Below, in pieces: positions 14,899-27,951 of a stretch of DNA of 64,000 nt. Each line of letters opens with the position of its first letter. The stretch's first letter is position 1. This stretch comes from Azolla caroliniana (lineage: Eukaryota; Plantae; Polypodiophyta), in contig JBHGNT010000005.1 of assembly GCA_043228905.1 (NCBI GenBank), forward strand, positions 10,912,001-10,976,000. The letters run 5' to 3'. The notes below the pieces were generated by a model. That model was not told the DNA's origin and searched no databases. It saw nothing but the letters and a program-made list of their open reading frames with translations. The translations under genes were made by a program, and so were the position numbers.

Positions 14899-15131
14899 TG
14901 TCCATCGCCACAGAAACAGGGCAAGGGGCATCTATTTCTGTAAATTGCTCCTCTTTGTATAAAGTTTCTGGGGAGGGGTAATATCGTAATTTGTATAAAT
15001 AACCATTTTGCTCATGCCATGCCATGCCTTGCCACACACACACACACACACACATGTCCTAATAATGTCTACGGACCAGACCGATTGCGATACAAGAGCT
15101 TGTGAGGATATATGGTCCATGTGCCTTATTT

Positions 15132-15664
15132 CTTAGTGCTCGTGGGTCTACTTCGACCATATCCTCACAAGGATTTATCGATTAGAATATAATCAAATTA
15201 AACGGTTTATTGATTTGAATATAATTAACGATTAATTATATTTGTGGTTTATCTATTAGAATATAATTAAATCGTTTGGTTTGGTTTCGATTATCAGTAA
15301 ATGGTTTGGTTCTAAAACTCTGGTTTATGGGTTTATCAGTTAAGTGACTAGGTTTGATGGTTTATCGATTTTCAGTTATAACTTTTTTTTTCTTTCCCTA
15401 ATTGATCAGTTTAATGTTTAATCGATGGTTTTTTATGTTTAATGATTTAATTAATTTAAGCTTCAAAGATTTTATTAATTTAATGTTTTTTTGTTTAATC
15501 AATTTGAGTTAAATGGTTAGGTTTAGATTTAAAATTATTTGGTTTGGTTTGGTTTGATTTCAAGTTCTCTTTAAACGGTTTGATTTGGTTTTTGCAATGT
15601 AGGAATGGTTCAATTTGGTTTCAAGGCCAAGAAACCAAATCGAACTGGGCCCATGCTTAGTCTA
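15132..15664. mobile_element. Degenerate AT-rich non-autonomous DNA element (MITE-like) with GGTTT/TTGGT subrepeats
   Basis: Many TTGGTTTGGTTT / TAATCGA repeats. The right end (gggcccatgcttagtcta) resembles TAGG...-type TIRs, but the left TIR and TSD are not clearly resolved. Confidence 0.4.
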
Positions 15665-15676
15665 CATTGTTGTTGG

Positions 15677-16112
15677 TGTTACCGGCCGGCAAAGGAGTCC
15701 AGAGTGTGAAACGGAGGAGTTATTTAATTATTAGGAATGGTTGTAAGTAAGCTATTAGTGTGGACGGACGGACCGGAATCGGTATGCCATTTCGGATCCG
15801 GACCGATCCCGAATAGGTGCGGATGGCACCGTTATGTACTACAGACCGAAAACCTATTTAAAGGCCCGGATACAATGTAATGAGCAGCGGATAATTAATA
15901 AAGATTAGTGTTTTTATATCTCTGTGTTAATTGCCGTTCTGCATTCATTGTTATATCTTACGCATGTGATTATTAAGGACGATCTTGCGAAGTAACCTAA
16001 TTAAGTCGGATTAATCGTTGATCCTAATCCTCTTGCCATAACACCCCTTTGGTGAAGTGTCTTTCGTAGACACCCTGTGTTAGGCCATTGTCCGACCCTA
16101 AGAGTTAACACA
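15677..16112 (+). repeat. G1 5' LTR
   Basis: Matches 24658-25032. Followed by a PBS. Exact end is 16110 or 16112. Confidence 0.88.
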
Positions 16113-16163
16113 GTTTTTGGCGACCACGATTCCTGTTTTGGCAGCGAACGACGACACGAATGG

Positions 16164-19100
16164 ATGACTAGATCAACGCACGACCTGGTTACAGATCGAA
16201 CTCGACGCCTTGCCGAAAGGCAAAGGAGACGTGAGGCTTTCCAGCAAGCGGCGCAGGAAATTAGAGCGGATCGCTCGTTTTCCAACGTAATCCAGAGAGT
16301 AGCGGAGGAGTCCCTCTGGTTACAGCAAACATCGCACCCGGACGACAGCAGCAGCCTAAGCAGCCTTCGGGAAACCGAATCCCTTCTTCAGGCATTGGCA
16401 AGCGGAGAAGGCGAAGCAGAAGCCTTTTCAGCGTATGAATCGGATTCCGAAGGGGAATACAACGTGCACACGAACTACCGTAGCAGCAACAAAACCTCGG
16501 GCGGACCGGAGGACGAAGGATCAGACACCTTACCGACACTGGAACCGGAAGTGCTAAGGCTGGAACCTCCGGAACCAGCAGAGGAAGAGCGACCTCCGAC
16601 ACCGGAAGTCGAGGAGGAGAGGCCTCCGTCACCAAAAGAAGAGGAAAGACCACCGACGCCGGAGAAAAACCAGGAACGACCACCAACACCACCAGCCCGC
16701 GCACCGATACCGGACGACGACATACCGTTCCAGTACTCCAAGTATAGAGATGATCCGGACGCGGAAGCTCATGTTCACGCCTTTGAACAGACATGGGAAG
16801 CAAACCATGTGTCCCAGCGATTGACCCCGGAGGAAGAGGAACGCTCTAAGATAGCGGAATTTGGCGTCACATTGGAGGGACCGGCAGCAAGATGGCGCCG
16901 GACGCAGGACCCGTCGACCATCACCACCTTCGCAGATCTAAAAGCTAAATTCTTGCATTTTTTCCAAAAGGAGGTGGACCAGACAGTAGTGGTGGGCTTG
17001 TTTTATACCATCCGACAGGAGGCAGGGGAGAGCATTCCCCAGTTTGTCATCCGGTTTCAACGGATGCATAGTCAGCTTGCTCGCGCACCCCCGGAGGAGG
17101 AATTACAGACTATATTCCTAAATGCGCTCCGGGAACCCCTACGCACGGTTTGCATAGTAATTGACTTCCAGGCAAGTACCATCGACCAGGTCATTGACCG
17201 GGTGAGAGAGATGGAAAAGACAAGCTCCTGGCTCACACTGGGAGCACTCCAACGGGCGTTACCGTCCGATGAAGACCTCCAGTTTCGGCAAGCAATACAG
17301 TGCACAACCTACTTGAATTCCGGACACTCGGCACTAGAATGCACTATGAGGACGCAATGTGTAATCTATCAATCCAAGGGCCATACGACGGATAGGTGCG
17401 AGTATAATCTATTGAACCGGCAAGCATCGCCTGTCCGACAAATAGAGCCACGCAGCAGCCGGGATGAAGAAGAGGAACGCTGGCGGCGGATGGACCGCGA
17501 CCGACCGGCACAGGATGTCCGGTATGGCGATCGACGGGAGAATGATGTCCGATACGGTGATTGGCGGGATAACTATGACCGATACGATAGATATGATCGG
17601 TACCGGGATTACAATAGACGATACGAACATTACGACTAGGAGCACTCCCCCGGGTATCGTCAGCAACGGGAGGAATACGGCAGATATAACGACCAACCTC
17701 ATCAAGAGTACCGCAATAAGAAGAACTATAACAAAAAACGGCATTTCAAAAAAGGCAGCCACCCACGGGATCCGGAACAAGGAGCTTCAAGCAGCCAACC
17801 GGCCCAAAACCCCGTGCTTACCACAGGACCTGTCCCGGATACAACAAACAATGCCGAATCCAGCAATACTTGGAAAGCCTACTGCTACTACTGCCGACAA
17901 GAAGGCCATTATAGTAATCAATGCCCGGCGAAGAGCTATGACAAACGACCGGCAGTAAATATGGTAGTACCTGAAGTGGCAGATCTGCAGCAGGTGACCA
18001 CAAGGTCGAAGGGCATGGCCAAGGAATGGGAGACGCAGGAGACCATCCGGAAGCAAGCGACGGAATGGGTGAAGAAAGCAAACGAGCAAAACGTCACAAA
18101 CTTACAGCGACAAAAGGAGAACACCGTAGGGCTTGCCGGCGGCAGTCAGTCCGAGAACGAGACATGGCAGGCATTGCAAGAATGCCAGATTACGCTGCCA
18201 CTAGGAAGACTCCTACAGCTCGTGCCGAGATTCACGGAAGGATTGAAGACAGCTATGACGGAAGGAGAATCATCACCGGCACCGGTACTCTTCTCGAATC
18301 CGGAGGAGGGACCAACGGTGGTGGACACCAATAGTCCAGTAATTACTGCGATTGTAAAAGGGAAAGAACTCCCCGGCACAGTAATAGACGGAGGCTCCGG
18401 TGTGAATGTAATAAGCCTCCGGACGTGTGATGCCCTCGGAATCCACGAGTGGGAGCCGTGTCCGTTCTGGTTATGGATGGCCGATACAAGCTCAGTGCGG
18501 CCGACAAGATTAATACGAAAATTAGAAGTCACCGTTGGCGGTCATACATTTCACATCTCGGCAGTAGTGCTACAATTACAGGCATAAGGCGCGTACCCGC
18601 TATTGCTAGGGCGGCCGTGGCTGAAAACGGCACATATCAAACAGAATTGGAGGAAAAATATAATTACCTTCCGGCGAGGAAAAGCCAAGGTACGCGTACC
18701 AACTGCTAAGAGTGGGCTTTATTTGTCCGGTAAAGAAAGCGACATGGCTGAGCCCGATCGTAGTCGTACCGAAGAAGAACGGAAAAATTCGAGTTTGTGT
18801 GGACTACCGGAAACTCAATGCGGCTACGGTAACGGATGCGTTTCCACTTTCGTTCACAGATGGATTGTTGGATGCCGTCGCCGACCATGAGGTCTATAGT
18901 TTTCTAGACGGATTCAACGGGTACAATCAAATCCGGATGCACCCCGACGACCAAGAGAAAACGGCTTTCGTCACCGAATGGGGGGTGTTTGTGGCCGTGG
19001 TGATGATGTTCGGACTCAAAACGGCACCGGCAACATTTCAACGAATCATCATGGAAATCTTTGGTGAATATATCCCGGCTTTTAGGCAGGTTTTCCTTGA

Positions 19101-21430
19101 CGATTTTGCCGTCTATAGCCGGGAGGAGGACCATTTTCAGCACCTCCGTCTTTGTCTAGAAAAGTGTAGAGCGTACCGGTTAAGCTTGAATCCGGCGAAG
19201 TGTGTATTTGGTGTGTCCAGTGGAACCTTACTAGGACATATTGTGAGCCAGGAAGGTATTGCAGTCGACCCGGACAAAGTGAAAGCCATATTAGAAGCAC
19301 CGGCACCGGCACCGGCAAAGGCATTGAGCCGGTTCTTAGGCCAGATTCGGTGGCACAACTAGATGCTCTGATACTTGGCCGACCTGGCTACACCGTTGCA
19401 TGCCGCGGTACATCGAACACCATTCCAGTGGACGGACACCGAGGATAGGGCGTATACGACCCTCAAGGGTACTATTGTCGCAAGCACCGGTAGTGCAGCC
19501 TCCGGATTGGAGTAAAGAATTTCATGTGTTCGTGGACGCCTCTGACATCGCAATCGGAAGCGCACTGATGCAGCTTACGGAGCCAAAGTGGTACCGACCA
19601 GTGTACTATGCCAGGCGGAAGCTATCCCAAGCGGAGCGGAACTACTCTACCACGGAACGGGAAGCTCTAGGGATGATCTACAGTGTGACAAAGTTTCGGC
19701 ATTATTTATTGGGAAGGAAGTTTTCCTTCCATGTAGATCATTCGTCACTCCTCTACCTAGTGTCCAAGGCGTCATACACCGGTAAGTTGGCCCGGTGGAC
19801 CTTACTGTTACAAGAATTCGAGTTCAAAATATTCCACCGACCCGGTATACAACATGCCGTAACGGATTATTTAAGCCGTCTAGAGTCCGGAGAGACGGGC
19901 GACGGAGTAGCGGACGAGTTTCCGGATGCGGAGCTGTTTCGAGTCACTACGGAAATTGAAACAGATGAATCGGTGGCACAAGAAGACAAGTGGCTCACAA
20001 ACATGCACCAGTTTCTGAGCACAGGACTGCCTCCGGAGGAGATGAACCGGGACGAAAGGAAACGCCTGGCGGTGCAAAGCCGACATTTCTGCTTACTACG
20101 AGACACACTTTACCACAAGGGCGCAGACGGCATATGGAGACGGGCTGTGTGCAGCGATGAAAAGGACCTCATACTAAGGGAAGCCCACTGCGGAGTTGCC
20201 GGAGGTCACTATGCCGGAGATGCGACGGCCAGGAAAATATGGCAAAGTGGCCTATGGTGGCCAACTACATTAAGAGATGCTGTACGGTACACAAAAGAAT
20301 GTGACCTATGCCAAGGAATGGGCTAGCCAACGGAGTAGGCTCGGATGCCACACTAGCCTATACTACCACTCGAACCATTCCAGAAGTGGGGGCTGGACTT
20401 TGTTGGACCGTTCAAACCACCGACAATGAGAACAGGTAATCGGTACGTCATCGTCGCGACGGATTACTGCACGAAATGGGTGGAGGCCAAAGCCTTAAGA
20501 GACAACACCGCTACGTCAATGGCAAAATTTCTATACGAATACATCTGGTGCCGTTACGGATGCCCAATCGAATTAATAAGCGACCAAGGGGGGCACTTTC
20601 TCGGTCAAGTAGTTGAAAGCCTGACGACATTCTATGCCGTTGTCCATAAACGGAGCACACCATACTATCCGCAAGCAAACGAGTTAGCTGAATCGACGAA
20701 CAAAACGCTCCAGAATATCCTTCGGAAGATCGTCAACGAAAACCGAACAAATTGGGATACCAAGCTACATAGCGCGCTTTGGGCATACCGGACAACATAT
20801 AAAACGAGCATCCGAACAACACCGTTCCGGTTAGCGTTCGGACTAGAGGCGGTAATGCCGGTGGAATTCCATGTACCCAGCTTACGGATCCAGCTACGGG
20901 AACGGCTAAACGAGAAGGAGTCGGAGGCAATACGGTTAACAGCGCTGTGTGAACTCGAGGAACAACGACTGGCAAGCATCTTGCACTTAGAATTGGACCA
21001 ACGGCGACGAAAAGCATTTGTCGACCGGCATAGGAAAGGAAATGAAAAAATGTTCGCAATCGTTAAGCTGGTGTTAGTATTTCAGACCCGGATGGGCAAG
21101 ATGCCGGGTAAACTACGGTTTAGATGGACCGGCCCATATTGACTGACACGTGAGTATAATGGGTCCTACCAGTTAGGGACACTTGCCGGCGAGGTGCTAG
21201 GCAAATGGGTCAACGGATTCAGATTGAAGCCATATAGAGGACCGATGCCCAAGAACCCATTTGAGCAAAGGACCGACACCGGATCAGGAACCGGTGAGGA
21301 AACGACAACCTGTGAGGGGAACGACAACCACCAAGACGGAGGAGACGGCAAGCCAGTAACAGGGGAGAATGAGGCGACGACAAACCGTAATGAGGCCGGT
21401 AAGGGTCCGATAGGACCAACGGACAACTAA
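16164..21430 (+). pseudogene. G1 gag-pol pseudogene
   Basis: Gag (GPAARW, IRQEAGESIPQF, zinc knuckle CYYCRQEGHYSNQC), protease VIDGGSG, RT (VCVDYRKLN, FLDGF.GYNQI, FLDD), RNase H (VFVDASD, YSTTEREAL), integrase (H-C.VAGGHY..C..C, WGLDF, SDQG, YPQAN). In-frame stops, frameshifts and a deletion near 18704. Confidence 0.95.
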
Positions 21431-21799
21431 CCTCACACCACATTAAAATTTATCAAAAAAAAAAAAAAAGCGAAGTAATCATGCAAAAGCGAGGTATGAA
21501 TGGACGAGAGAGCGAGGAGCGAAAAGGTACGTAGTGGGCATTTAAGTGCCACCACAGGACATAATGCTATTTTAGTACACGACGTGCACACGCTCGAAAA
21601 AGGTGCCAGAATGCACAGAGAAAAACCACTGTGCATGGAGACCCTCTACTTTCGCGAACCCAGGAGCATAGAAGCACCAAGGTGTTGGAAGATCATCAGA
21701 TGAGAACCTACGCACAGAGAACCCCTGCTTTCTGAACTCTCTCACTCTCACTCTCATCACCATCCAACCTCGCCACCACAATCCGACCTCGACACAGAC

Positions 21800-24001
21800 A
21801 TGGACCCGCAAACGCTGTTGGAAGCCGCCAAGAAATGGCTAAAGCAACACGGGCTTGAGGGCTTCTTGACGATTATGGAGGCACCGCCACACAAAGAAGC
21901 CGACAAGGTGATCAAAGAAATCGACACAGAGGTCATAACGGATGAGGCGATCCGTGCGTTAACAGGCCTTCCGGAGGGAGGCATATTCACGATCGACAAT
22001 CCGACCTCGGAGCAACTCATCAAGTATTTTGGTGAGTACTCCCTAGCCAGCAAGGGCTACCGGACACAGGGCGGCGGTGATATGCTGTTCCGTGAGATTG
22101 CCCGTGTGCTCCATGAATACGGCCATGTGTACCCTAGACCCCTTGTCATGCCGCAGAACCGGGCAGGGATGATCATCGCCACCTATGAAGGGATCAAGGT
22201 GGATTGGCCAACATTGATCGCAGACGGTTTGTGTGCGGCGATCTAGATCGTCAGAGGAAAAGACGGCAAAGAAGGCCGAGACGGACGGAGGATATGGCAC
22301 GTAGTAACGCAGTGGCTCACCTTGCTTGTGCCACCCGTCGAGCCCGTCGAGCCCAAGAAGCGGGGAAGAGTGGCGGACGGCACCCCAAAGACTGCTTCCA
22401 AAAGACAACAACTGTTGGCCTCTAAGGACACTAAGGGGAAGGCTGCGGACGTAGAATAGGCGGGAAAGGAGAGCGCCAGCCGGAAGCGGCCAACGGATGC
22501 GCAGGAGGAACCACTGGTACGGCCCGTAAAGATTACACTCCGCCGACCGGTGAATAGCAAAGCGGACCCCTTGGCGGCGAAACTCAATGCCGGGGCTCAG
22601 GAGGAGGAAATAGAGGAGGAGCCTACGGAGCACCTCCAGCGACGGTCGTCGGCAAGGACCGTTGAGGCAGCCGGGAAACGTTCGGACCCTCAGACGGAGG
22701 GAACACCGGCTCCCCATATTGAGACTCCCACGCCAAGGGAGGAACCGGAACCGGTGCGCATGGCACCGGAATCAGAAGCCCCTGCACCACCGGCAGCACC
22801 GGCAAGTCCCATTCCGCCAGAGCCGGAAAGGTCAATGTAGCCTCCCTTGGCCAACCAAGAAGAAGCGCAAGGGGAACTAGGACAACAGGGTGGTCCACGG
22901 GCAGAAACGGAATTGCAACTCGGCGCAATCAGGCGGGACCACCCATCTACAAGCGAGCCCATCTGTCAAACCTCCGTGCAAGTGCAACAACAATGCACCG
23001 GTAGTCTGTGGCTCCGGTGGATATGCGAACAGATTGCTGGAGCAGTGGGGTATATTGAGGCGGAAGAAAGAGCGCAAAGCGAATGGTTGCTCGTCACAAT
23101 CGAACAACTAGAGACGGCCCGGTCTAGAATCCGGTGCCTTGAAAAAGACTTGGATCAGGTCACGGCAGAAATGGCCAAAATGGCCTTAACGACAACACAG
23201 ATCCAATCACCGGTGACTCCGGTAAGTGTACAGATTAAAGAACCAGACCAACCTGTACATACTAATAAGACCCCGGAAACGGAAACCGTTCCAGAGAGAG
23301 ATGCGGCGCAAGCCCAAGAGCTTGCGGAATTGAGAGATGAACTTGCCGCACAAGAAGCGCTAAGGAGCCGGGAACGGGAATTGAAGACAGCGGCCGAAGC
23401 AGAATTAAAGAAGACTGCTGAGAACCTCCGCCGGGCAGAGGAGAGCCTCCGGAAAGGCCATCAAGCGTACGACCGACTAAGGGAGGAAAAAGACAAAGTG
23501 CTGCAGGAAAAGGACAAGCTGCGGAAAACGGCGGAAACGGAAATTGAACGGCTAAAGGAAGAGCTCCGCCAGTAGAAGGACCGCGAGGATCGGGCCCATC
23601 GACAGATCCGGCTCAAGCAAAAGACAGATGATTTTGAGCACCTGCACCGGGACTACAAATGGCTGGAAACGGAGCATAAGGAACGGGTGGCCGAGCTCCA
23701 GCAGGAAGTTGATTGGGCCACGACGGCGCTCGCCGAAGAACGAGCGGAAAATACAAGACGGTTGGACGAGGCGGAGAAGGTCCAGATGGAGCTCCAGAGG
23801 CAGCAGCAGGAAGAAAAGGAGAGAGCGTCAATGGTATTGCAAAAATTACAAAGCACATATCAAAGGCAATTGACGCATTACAAGGAGCAGGCGGAAGACA
23901 ACCTCAAAATCATCAAGCAATTGAAGGAGGAATGGCATCTGCGGAGATCAAATCGCAGATGGGAACGGACCGGATTCAGTGCATCCTCCGGGCATGGCTG
24001 A
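21800..24001 (+). pseudogene. G1 extra ORF1 (globular N-domain + Pro/Glu-rich linker + long coiled coil), interrupted by 4 in-frame TAG stops
   Basis: ORF-track pieces 21800, 22550, 22847 and 23687 share one frame (~730 codons). Homologous to the G3 ORF at 35800-37440. Confidence 0.8.
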
Positions 24002-24650
24002 ATCAGACAAAACGCTTGATTGACGAAAGCTCCGTAAGATGGTGGACAAAGTGGGCACAAAATACAACGGAACTCCAATTGCTATGGGCAGACGTGGCAA
24101 ACCGGCGGAAGGAAGGAGATGATTGTTACACGTTGACTTCCGAGGACTTCACTGCCATACGGGACGAGCTGGCTGAAGACTTCCAAGTCTTGGCGGATGA
24201 ACAACTGGTGCAGGTCCGGCAACTCGTAGCTCAGCTAGACGATGATAGGCTGGACGCTCAAATCCAGTTTGAGAGCTACGAGCGGTTCCGGGTTCGGGAA
24301 TAAAAAGCACGGGAAGCGGCAACGGTTAACCTTAGTGATGAGGAACTGTCGCCGAACGAGGGTTAGGCCGGAACCAGTCAACCGGAGACCAATACGAGAC
24401 GGAGGGAGCAACGATAGAAACGCCGGTGTCAGAGCAACAAATGGAGGAGCAGTCGCAACAGCCACCAAAGGACCAGTCGCAGCAACCATCAACGGAGCAG
24501 CAACAACAGCAGCAGCAACCACAACAACAACAACAACCAATTCCAGATAAACCATTGGAGACTCTCGAACAAAGCATTTTGGATATTTTGGACGAAGAAT
24601 AGCAAGGGTCGGATGGTGGATTCGACGTATAAGGTACTGTCCCACGGGCG
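23932..24650 (+). pseudogene. G1 extra ORF2 (helical, Trp-containing), overlapping the end of ORF1
   Basis: ATG at 23932 (MASAEIKSQMGTDRIQCILRAW...). Open to 24303, then continues past stops into a low-complexity tail near the 3' LTR. Confidence 0.55.
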
Positions 24651-24657
24651 TGCCATG

Positions 24658-25032
24658 TGTTACCGGCCGGCAAAGGAGTCTAGAGTGTGAAACGGAGGAG
24701 TTATTTAATTATTAGGAATGGTTGTAAGTAAGCTATTAGTGTGGACAGACGGACTGGAATCGGTATGCCGTTCCGGATCCGGACCGATCCCGAACAGGTC
24801 CGGATGGCACCGTTTTGTACTACAGACCGAAAACCTATTTAAAGGCCCGGATACAATGTAATGAGCAGCGGATAATTAATAAAGATTAGTGTTTTTATAT
24901 CTCTATGTTAATTGCCGTTCTGCATTCATTGTTATATCTTACGTGCGTGATTATTAAGGACGATCTTGCTAAGTAACCTAATTAAGTCGGATTAATCGTT
25001 GATCCTAATCCTCTTGCCGTAACACCCCTTTG
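24658..25032 (+). repeat. G1 3' LTR (3'-truncated)
   Basis: Identity with the 5' LTR stops at ...aacacccctttg. Confidence 0.9.
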
Positions 25033-25220
25033 TCTTTTGGCGGTACGATGTCCTTGTTGGTGCACTCTTCTTCATAACTGATCATGGTGTAATCCAAACG
25101 CTTAACAGGTGGAAGGACGGGGGGGGGTTGAAAGTGGATGAGCTCGTGAAGATGGTGAAAGACCTCCAAAGAGACCAAGCAATGAGGGATGACAAGAGTC
25201 CTCCCAAGATCGACCACGAT

Positions 25221-27903
25221 CATTAGTAATATCATCCGATAGACCATGATGCTTAAATACCTCTCGCATAACGAGATCGGCCACCTCTCGACTAGTAATC
25301 GACTTCGTACATGGCAAGAAATGTGGCATTTTGGTAAATCGATCAACCTTTTGAAACTGGGAGATCAGTAATGAAATCCAAGGATATAGACTTCCAAGGA
25401 TTTTTCGGAATGGGAAGTGGTTGTAGTAAGCCATAGGATCGGTGACGAGGACTCTTTGATCGACAACATATATCACAACCGCGAACATACTCCTCAACAA
25501 AATGATGAAGGCGAGGCCACCAATAGCGTTGAGAAATTAATTCTAGAGTCTTGCGAACTCCAAAATGACCAGCCATTGGTGAGTCATGGCAATGTTGTAA
25601 AACTTGTAGTCGTGGGGGACCATCAAGAACATACAATAGGTTTTGTCGAAACAGAAAACCACCATGCCAATAGAAATGACGATAGTCATTACGAGGATTT
25701 TTCGACCGTGAGGAAAAAGCACGATTCGGGTTGATATGATCCAAAACATCCTTGGCGAAATCATCAGTGGCCATATGATCTCGAATGGAATCAAGAAGAG
25801 TGGAATCTTCAAGAGTTGTTATGACATTAACTACCATTAATCGTAAGCGATTAGGACCCAAAAGGATTTGTTTTTGATGCTCAAATGCAGGTTCCCCTGG
25901 ACGAAGTTCCATATAAGAGCGTCGAGAAAGAGCATCTGCTTGGCCTTGCTGCATCCTAGGGCGATATATGATGATAAAGTCGGAGTGAGTCAAAAATTGC
26001 GCCCACCAGGCTTGTCGCCGACTCAAGACTTGAGCATTTTGGAAATAAGTCAGGTTCTTATGATCATTGTAGACAATGATCTGTTGAGAAGAACCTTCTA
26101 GAAAATGTCGCCATTGTTGAAACGAATCCACAATTGCAAGAAGCTCTTTCTCATGGATCTCGTAGTTGATCTCTATAGCTTCAAACTTTCGTGAATGAAA
26201 GGCGACAAGGTGTAGCTGTCCATCATCTCCAGTTTGCGAGAGGACACTCCCGAGTGCAAAATTGGATGCATCAGCTTAGAGGATGAAGCATTTTGTTGGG
26301 TCGACATGTGCTAAGATAGGTGCCATTGTAAATGCTCGTTTTAAGCTTTCGAATGCCTCGATTGCATTTGAACTCCAAATAAATGGCTGATTTTTATGTG
26401 TGAGTTGAGTAAGCGGAAGCACCACCTTGGAATAATCTTTAATAAATTTTCGATAAAAATTTGCAAACCCGAGAAAACATTGCACATCACACATTGAAAG
26501 GGGCATTTGCAACTCTAAAATTTCTTGTACCTTCATGGGGTCCATAGCAATACCATCTAATGATACAACGTACCCCAAAAATTCCACTTGATTTTGGCCG
26601 AAACTACACGTTTCTAATTTTGTGTAGAGACCATATTCTCGGAGTCGACGCAGTACTTGACGAACATGTTCGTCATGCTCCTCTTGGGTCTTCGAGTAGA
26701 TTAAAATATCATCTAGGTAAACTATAGTGAAGATATCAAGAAAATCTTGAAAAATATTGTTCGCCATATGTTGGAAAACAGCAGGTGCATTCGTGAGACC
26801 GAATGACATCACAGTATACTCAAAATGTCCATAGCGAGTGCAAAAAGTTGTCTTCCATTCATCCCTGGGGCGAATCCGAACTAGATTATATGCTCCACGA
26901 AGGTCCAACTTCGTAAAATATTTTGCACCACTCAGACGTTCCAAAAGATTCAGGATTAACGGTAGAGCATATCTTTTCCAGATAGTCATTTTGTTTAGCC
27001 CTCGATAATCCACGCCCAACCGAAGAGTCCCATTCTTCTTCTTAACGAAGAAGATAGGTGCAACCAGCAGGGGATCTAGAATGCCGAATGAATCCGTTTG
27101 CCAAATTCTCATCAATATATTCCGCAAAGTCTCTAGCTCTATAGGGGAGAGATTATAAATTGGGCCCCATGGAGGGTCTTTCCCTGGTTGTAAGTCAATA
27201 GGGCAGTCGTATGGCCGATGCTCCAGCAATGTATTGGCCTTCACCTTATCAAAGACATCTGAGAACTCCTTGTATTTCTCTGGTAGTTTAATGTCCGCTT
27301 CACGTGAAGTGGATGATGGAGTTGCTACTATTGCGAAGACGAATAGGCCTCGTTTCCCCCTTCCTCCCGCAACTGTCGTAAAGAGATGGTCAATAACTCC
27401 GGCGGATCTATTATCACATGTAGGAGAGAGGGATGCAAGATTTGTGCTTTTTTCTAGGGTCTCCTCAATTGTTCTTTTCATCCAATCAATCTTCGGGTTA
27501 TGGAGTTCAAACCAAGGGAGACCTAGAACTATTGGGTGTTCTGGACTACGAATAATGTTGAAAGAGATTACGCTTGCCAAATCACCAAGGACTATCCTAA
27601 TTGGCTCAGACTCCTCGACTATATCTCCTGATGCTATGGGACGTCCATCAATGTCTCCTACGGCTACTGGGCTGGGAAGCTTATTCAAGAGGATATTTTG
27701 TGACAAGGCAAATTCACGATCCATGAAACAAGAGTTGGCTCCAGAATCTAGGAGGGCAGAGGCTAGGACTCGATGACATGTAGATGTGGTAAGCTCGACT
27801 TGTGCTGAAAAAAGTATACTCACTTGATTTGATGAAATGGAACCACGACTAGGAACTAACTCTACATAGCTAGGATGGTCTAGCCAAATGGCTCCTATTT
27901 TGA

Positions 27904-27951
<48 letters not shown>

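Larger units (their letters stand above)
15677..25032 (+). mobile_element. G1: Ty3/gypsy non-chromovirus LTR retrotransposon (Phygy/Selgy/Athila-side lineage) with extra 3' ORFs; decayed
   Basis: 5' LTR 15677-~16112 (TGTTA...TAACA). PBS TGGCGACCACG at 16118. gag-PR-RT-RH-INT over 16164-21430. 3' LTR 24658-25032 is truncated; about 14 substitutions vs the 5' LTR over the shared part. No TSD visible because the 3' end is missing. Confidence 0.93.

Noticed and set aside
16043-16043. G1 LTR ending at TAACA 16043/25024
   Set aside because: Identity continues 8 nt further, no TSD results, and the PBS is at 16118.
21800-24001. Retroviral-type envelope gene
   Set aside because: No signal peptide or transmembrane helix is evident by eye.
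16001-24673. Numerous antisense/alternative-frame ORFs over retroelements
   Set aside because: They are shadows of GC-rich coding sequence and have no independent motifs.
25033-25220. Short gag-like fragment (DELVKMVKDLQ) between G1 and G2
   Set aside because: Too short to assign a family or boundaries.
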